From an uncultured delta proteobacterium (GTDB lineage: Bacteria > Desulfobacterota > Binatia > UBA9968), in NCBI GenBank assembly GCA_963745035.1, contig CAVUVW010000010.1, positions 96,001 through 160,000 of the forward strand: DNA of 64,000 bases, written 5' to 3'. Below are positions 57,987 to 64,000 of the stretch, in pieces. Within the stretch, counting starts at the first letter, position 1, and the number at the start of each line of letters is the position of its first letter. Below the pieces are notes generated by a model that saw only the letters and a program-made list of their open reading frames with translations, ran no database searches and was not told the DNA's origin. A program made the translations under genes and the position numbers.

Positions 57987-59489
57987 ATGACGCGGATGCA
58001 ACGTTTCTTTACCGGCTTGGGTTATTGTGCAGCGGCCCTCTTGCTCGTTGCCGTCATCGCGGGGGCGTGGTTAGTGGGACGCTTCGGCGCCGATATCCCC
58101 GTACCGTACAAGGACGATCTCGAACATTTCAAATACGGCTCCCTCGGCAGCGAGCACGAGTTCGGCGTGCCGTATTGGATCTGGCGAGCGCTGCCGGAGT
58201 TGTTTCAAGACAAGCTGCCACCGGGCGGCAAAGGCTGGCAGTCGGTCGGTTTTGTTTTCGAAAAGGGCAAAGATCTGCCGGTCGGGATGTCGCAGCGCCG
58301 CTATCTTGGCTTCGACGTTGTCTGGCTCAACTGTGCCTTCTGCCACGCCGGCACCGTGCGCGAGACTCCCAAAAGTGAGCCCAAAGTTTATAGCGCCATG
58401 CCGGCCAACACCTTCGACTTCCGCGCGTTCATGCGCTTTCTCTTCGCCACGGGCGAGGATCGGAGATTTACGCCGCAGGACATTTTGCGCCAGATCAAAA
58501 TCATCCGCCAACGCGAGGGCCTCGACGATTTGCCGCTCATCGATCGTCTGGTGCTGCGTTTCTACGGCATCTACTACATGCGCGAGCGCATCCTTGCGCT
58601 GCGTGACCGCTTACAGTTCATCGCCGAGCAGCCCGAGTGGGGACCGGGGCGCGTCGACACCTTCAATCCGCTGAAAGCGTATTTCAACTTCCCGCCCGAG
58701 CAGCTTGCCAAAGAAGAGCGCATCGGCACCACCGATTTTCCCTCGATCTGGAATCAGGGCCAGCGCGAAACGCTGAAAATGAATCTCCATTGGGACGGCA
58801 ACAACGTTTCGCTGGAAGAGCGCAACCGCAGCGCAGCCATGGGCACCGGGATCACGCCGCCGACCGGTGATCGAAAAAGCTTAAAGCGCGTTGCCGATTG
58901 GCTACGCAATCTGCCGGCGCCGCCGTATCCGTTCGCCATCGACAAGAATCTCGCCGGCCAGGGCGCGCCGATCTACAAACAATATTGTTCCTCGTGCCAC
59001 GGCGCCGACGGCAAAGATTTTCGCGGCGAGCAAGTCGGCAAAGTCGTGCCGATCGCCGATATTGCCACCGACCGTTGGCGTCTCGACTCGTACACGTACG
59101 ACGTCACAGTGAATCAAAATCTCATTTTCGCCGGCTACGAGGGGGAGCGGTTCAGCCACTTCCGCAAAACCTTCGGCTACGCCAATAGCCCGCTCGACGG
59201 CGTCTGGTTGCGCGCGCCGTACCTTCACAATGGCTCGGTGCCGACGTTACGCGACTTGCTCGAGCCAAGCGCACAGCGGCCTAAAACTTTTTACCGCGGC
59301 TACGACGTTTACGATCAAAAGAAGGCGGGCTTTATTTCGGACGTGAGCGAGGAAGGCGGGCGCAAATATTTTCTCTACGACACGGGACAGGACGGGAATT
59401 CCAACAGGGGCCATGAGGGAAAGCGCTACGGCACGGAGCTCACCATGGCGGAGAAGGATGCGCTGGTCGAATACCTCAAGACTTTCTGA
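57987..59489 (+). CDS. Diheme cytochrome c, RoxA/MauG/CcpA-like (copy 1)
   Basis: N-terminal TM, CAFCH, CSSCH, GPGRVD, LDGVWLRAPYLHNGSVPTL, NRGHE. Confidence 0.85.
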   Translation: MTRMQRFFTGLGYCAAALLLVAVIAGAWLVGRFGADIPVPYKDDLEHFKYGSLGSEHEFGVPYWIWRALPELFQDKLPPGGKGWQSVGFVFEKGKDLPVGMSQRRYLGFDVVWLNCAFCHAGTVRETPKSEPKVYSAMPANTFDFRAFMRFLFATGEDRRFTPQDILRQIKIIRQREGLDDLPLIDRLVLRFYGIYYMRERILALRDRLQFIAEQPEWGPGRVDTFNPLKAYFNFPPEQLAKEERIGTTDFPSIWNQGQRETLKMNLHWDGNNVSLEERNRSAAMGTGITPPTGDRKSLKRVADWLRNLPAPPYPFAIDKNLAGQGAPIYKQYCSSCHGADGKDFRGEQVGKVVPIADIATDRWRLDSYTYDVTVNQNLIFAGYEGERFSHFRKTFGYANSPLDGVWLRAPYLHNGSVPTLRDLLEPSAQRPKTFYRGYDVYDQKKAGFISDVSEEGGRKYFLYDTGQDGNSNRGHEGKRYGTELTMAEKDALVEYLKTF

Positions 59490-59525
59490 TTGATCCGATT
59501 GGCCTGGGGCGGCTGCGGAGGAACG

Positions 59526-60990
59526 ATGGCGGAACCGCAAAGGAAAAAATCCTGGTGGAAGATCGTGTTGCTGCTTGTCGTCGTTTTCGCGGCGGTGGGC
59601 GGCGCGATCGGTTGGTATAAGTTCTTTCGCGAAGAGCCGCAGCCGGATTGGATGACGGCCACGCCGGACATGCGCTTCAAGTATGGATCCATTGGCGCGG
59701 AGCATGACGCCGGCATTCCCTACTGGATCTTTTTCGTGCTGCCGCGCATGTTTCCGGAAAAACTGCCGGGCCCGGGCGGTTTGGCGTCCTTGGGCGTCGC
59801 CTGGGAACAGGGCCAGGAACTGCCGATCGGCTTCACGAAAAAAGTCATCGGTTTTGCGCGGGTGGCCAATAATTGCGCGTCGTGCCACACCGCGAGTTAT
59901 CGAAAAAGTCCCGACGAGAATCCGACCTTTGTTCCCACCGGACCGAACCATACACTCAATCTGCAGGCGTTTTTCCGGTTCGTGGTCGATTGCGCCAAGG
60001 ATCCCGCGCTTCAACGCTGACGAGATCATGCGCGAGATCGCGTTGGTCTACGATCTGCCGCTGCTCGATCGCATGATCTACCGCTATTTGCTGATCCCGA
60101 TCACCAAGAAACGCCTGCTCGAGCGAGAAGCGCAATTCAAGTGGGTCTATCACAAGGAATTTCCGTTGTGGGGCCGGGGGCGCGACGACGCCATGAACCT
60201 CACCAAGTATTTTCTCCTCAATTGGCCGATGGACGATACGCTTGGCCCGACCGACATGCCGTCGGTATGGAATCTCAAGAAGTACCGGCCCGAGAAGGGC
60301 ATGCTCATGAATCTCGCCGGCGACAGCCACGACGCGCGCTCGGTGATCATCGATTCGGCCCTCGGCCTGCTCGCCGCCGCGCCCAATGACCGTGACGAGT
60401 TCATGGGAGAGATCGATTGGCTGGTGCAATATCTCAGCGAGAAACAGGCGCCGCGATTCCCGTTTCCGATCAAAGAGGAGCAGGCGAAAGCCGGCAAGGC
60501 AGTCTTCGACGCTAACTGCGCGACGTGCCATGCGAGCGAACGGACGGGCACGCGCGTGCCGGTGGAAGAAGTCGGCACCGACCGCGAGCGGCTCAAGTCC
60601 TGGAGCAAACAGGCCGCAATCGAATCGAACAAGGTGGTGCGCAATTTCGGCATTGAGCGGAAGGGTCTGGTCGAAAACGAGCCGAGCGGTTACATCGCGG
60701 CGTTTCTCGACGGCATCTGGCTGCGCGCGCCGTATCTGCATAACGGCTCGGTGCCGACGTTGCGCGATTTGCTCAATCCCGCCGCTGAGCGGCCGAAGAT
60801 CTTTTACCGCGGCTATGACGTCTACGACCCGATCAAAGTCGGTTTCGTGACCGAAGGCCCGGAAGCGCAGCGGATCGGCACGAAGTACGATGTGAGTGAA
60901 CGGTCCAGCAGTAATCAAGGACATGAATTTGGCGTGCAGTTACCGGCGGCGGAAAAAGAAGCGCTGCTCGAATATCTCAAGACGCTGTGA
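59526..60990 (+). CDS. Diheme cytochrome c, RoxA/MauG/CcpA-like (copy 2; frameshift near 60005)
   Basis: N-terminal TM, FKYGSIG, CASCH, CATCH, LDGIWLRAPYLHNGSVPTL, NQGHE. Confidence 0.85.
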
Positions 60991-61069
60991 GGGTTTGTGT
61001 GCGATTGTGACGCGATGGCAGGGAAAGTCGCAGCCGACGCCGCGCCGTGCTGATGTCTGAGGGGAAAAA

Positions 61070-63467
61070 ATGAGAACACGAGGATGGACGAATTTCGCGA
61101 TTGTTTTGTTTGCGGTGCTCGCTGCTGCAAGCTGCGGCAAAAAATCGCCTGAGCCCGGCACCGTCAAAGACGAGGCGCTCACCGTGGGGCGCACGGCGGA
61201 AAGCTTTCCGGCGGCCGATGAAGATTATTTCAAAGACATGGACGGCGCGGTGACTCTTACGGCCAACGAAGTCAAAGGCCGCAACAATTGGATCGTTTGG
61301 ACCGGCGGTAATGACCGGTTTCTGGGATCACCTCGTCAGCAAGAGCTTCGGTGCCGTGGATCTGCTCAAGATTCTTTCTTCCCATCCGAGCATCAAGCAT
61401 CTGAGCCGGGACACGCGCTGGCAACAACTCGGTTTGGTCAATGAACCGTGCTTCGAAAAGGCCAAGGAGCCTCGCAAAGACCGCTTCGGGTTGTGGCTGG
61501 ATACGCGCCGCGCCGATTGTCCCGGCGATCCTTTCGAGAACGAGCAGAAATATCCCGGCGTCAAGATCGGCGCGCGCGGGAAAAACATGCCCGTGGGCTC
61601 TTACTACGGATACGCTTCCGGAATCGTCGGCCTGCGGCTGTTTCCCAATCCGGACTTCGACGAACAAGCGGCCAAAAAATGGGACGCCGAGAAATTTTAT
61701 ACCGATCCGAAATACTACAACGACCGCAATCTGGTGCGGCCCTATCGGGTCGGCATGTCATGCGGATTTTGCCACATCGGGCCGAGTCCGGTGAAGCCGC
61801 CGGAAAACCCGGAAAATCCCAAATGGGAAAATCTCAACTCCAATCCCGGCGCGCAGTATTTCTGGGTGGACCGAATTCTTTTCTGGGAGCGCGATCCGAG
61901 CAACTTCGTGTTTCAGTTGATCCACACGTCGCTTCCCGGAACTCTCGACACGTCCTTTATCTCCAGCGATTACATCAACAATCCGCGCACGATGAACGCG
62001 GTCTACAACGTCGGCGCGCGCTTGAAGATCGCCGAGCGCTGGGGTGAGGAAAAACTGGCCGGCGGCGGGCTCAAGAACAAGCAGTTTCAGAATTATCCCC
62101 AGACGGCAGTGCTGCCGCAATATTTCAAAGCGCCGGATACGGTGTTCACGCCGCGGGTATTGAAAGACGGCGCCGACTCGGTCGGCGTTCTCGGGGCGTT
62201 GAACCGGGTGTTTATCAACATCGGTCTTTTCAGCGAGGAGTGGCTGCTCCATTTCAATGCGCTCGTCGGCGGCCAAAAAGTTACGCCGATCAAAATCGAA
62301 GACGCCGAGAAAAATTCGAGCTACTGGAATGCCACGGCCGCGCAAACGGCCGACGTCGCGTTATTCTTTCTAAAAACCGCGAAGCCCGACCTGCTCAAGG
62401 ACGCGCCCGGCGGGGAAAAGTATCTGAGCACCGACAAGGCCAAGCTCAACCGCGGCAAAGTGGTATTCGCGGAGAATTGCGCGCGCTGTCATTCGAGCAA
62501 GATCCCCGAAGCGCCGCAGGGAGTCGATGACAAGAATTGGGATCAATACTGGGCGTGGACGAAGACGGACGATTTCAAAAAGAAAATGACTGAAATGGTT
62601 TTGGCCGATGATTTTCTCAACGAGAACTATCTCTCCACCGAGCGCCGCATTCCCGTGACTCTGCTGCAGACCAACGCGTGCAGCCCGCTGGCGACCAACG
62701 CGATCGCGGGCAACATCTGGGATAATTTCTCCTCGCAAAGCTACAAGGATCTGCCTTCGGTCGGCAGCATCACCGTGCACAATCCGATCGACGGCAGCAC
62801 GTCCACGTATCCAATGCCCGCCGGCGGGCGCGGCTATACGCGCGTGCCGTCCCTGATCAGCCTGTGGTCGACGGCGCCGTTCCTGTTGAACAACTCGGTG
62901 GGCAAGTTCAACTCGAGCCCATCGGTGGAAGCGCGCATGGATTCGTTCAACGACTCCATCGAAAAAATGCTTTGGCCAGAAAAGCGCGACAAGGATACGA
63001 TTCTCGGCGATAAGGTTCCCGGATTCATCTATCGAACCACCGAGACCAGCTACATCAAGCTCGCCCCGGGTTTTCTGCCGGATTCGCTGCGCAAGGTGCT
63101 CAGTTGGAACGATTGGCTGGCGAGCTGGTTCCCCTGGCTGTTGAGCGAAGAGGGAATCAGAATCGGACCAATCCCCAAAGGGACGCCGGTGAATCTGCTC
63201 ACCAATATCGATCTGGATAGCAGCAAGCTCGACCTCGCCAGGTTGGTGCTCAAAATGAAATCCGACTTGAAGGAGGTGGAAGGCAAGAGCGAAAAGGAGG
63301 CGGCCGAAGTTTTCAAGGGTCTGGTGCCGGACCTCCTGGCAGTAAGCAAGTGTCCTGACTTCGTCGTCAACAAGGGCCACTACTTCGGCACAGGATTATC
63401 GAAGGAATCGACGCCGTTGAGCGACGACGATAAGCGGGCGCTGATCGAATATCTGAAGACGTTCTGA
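61070..63467 (+). CDS. Large diheme cytochrome c lipoprotein, RoxA-like (copy 3; frameshift near 61320)
   Basis: Lipobox LAAASC, CGFCH, CARCH, SLISLWSTAPFLLNNS, NKGH, ALIEYLKTF. Confidence 0.8.
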
Positions 63468-63483
63468 GCGCTTGGCAAGCAGA

Positions 63484-64000
63484 ATGAGCGAGCCAAGCGA
63501 GCCGCGCGCGGCGCATGACTATATTGTCGTCGGTTCGGGCGCAGGCGGCGGCACCTTGGCGGCGCGCCTTGCCGAAGCCGGCCGTTCGGTGCTGCTCCTC
63601 GAGGCCGGCGGCGACCCGCTTCATCTGACCGGCGACCGGCTCCCCGAAGACTATCAGGTTCCCGCCTTTCATGCGTTCGCGTCGGAGAATCCCGCCATGC
63701 GCTGGGATTTCTTCGTGCATCACTACCGCGACGAAGTTCGGCGCGGCAAGGATTCCAAGTATACGGCGGACCGGCGCGGCGTCCTCTATCCGCGCGCCGG
63801 CACGCTCGGCGGTTGCACCGCGCACAATGCGATGATTCTGATTTATCCGCACAATTCCGACTGGGACTACATTGCCGAGCTTACGGGCGATTCGTCGTGG
63901 CGCGCCGCCAACATGCGCAAATACTTCCAGCAGCTCGAAGAATGCCGGCACCGACCGCTGGCGCGCTGGTTTAAAAAAACGACCGGTCTCAATCCATCTC
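63484..64000 (+). CDS. GMC (glucose-methanol-choline) oxidoreductase, runs off the window
   Basis: Not in ORF track. Manual translation: HDYIVVGSGAGGGTLAARLAEAG..VLLLEAG...YPRAGTLGGCTAHNAMI. Confidence 0.9.
   Translation, partial: MSEPSEPRAAHDYIVVGSGAGGGTLAARLAEAGRSVLLLEAGGDPLHLTGDRLPEDYQVPAFHAFASENPAMRWDFFVHHYRDEVRRGKDSKYTADRRGVLYPRAGTLGGCTAHNAMILIYPHNSDWDYIAELTGDSSWRAANMRKYFQQLEECRHRPLARWFKKTTGLNPS

Overview
GC-rich, gene-dense bacterial chromosomal window. Gene content suggests a soil/sediment Deltaproteobacteria-like lineage such as Ca. Binatia (inference only). It holds an aromatic ring-cleavage cluster, folD-gcvTHPaPb, an ECF sigma/anti-sigma unit, a SAM-I-riboswitch-controlled moeB/thrC-like/sulfur-carrier/cysM operon, tandem MmgE/PrpD genes with an ABC transporter, UbiD, a MetE-like gene, trpEG with a leader-peptide attenuator, IclR, an Fe-S oxidoreductase, an archaeal-type GAPDH homolog and tldD/pmbA. 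The two best candidates for undescribed systems are (i) a four-gene operon of GlcG/HbpS protein, Tat-less reductive-dehalogenase-like enzyme, a short paralog without Fe-S domain and a ferredoxin-GlcG fusion (23135-26273), and (ii) three tandem RoxA/MauG-like diheme cytochromes c followed by a GMC oxidoreductase (57336-64000). About 13 genes carry 1-nt frameshifts, most likely long-read indel errors. Many intergenic gaps contain degenerate 7-mer/9-mer and REP-like repeats. I saw no rRNA, tRNA, CRISPR array or transposase. Product calls come from motif recognition by eye, not database searches.
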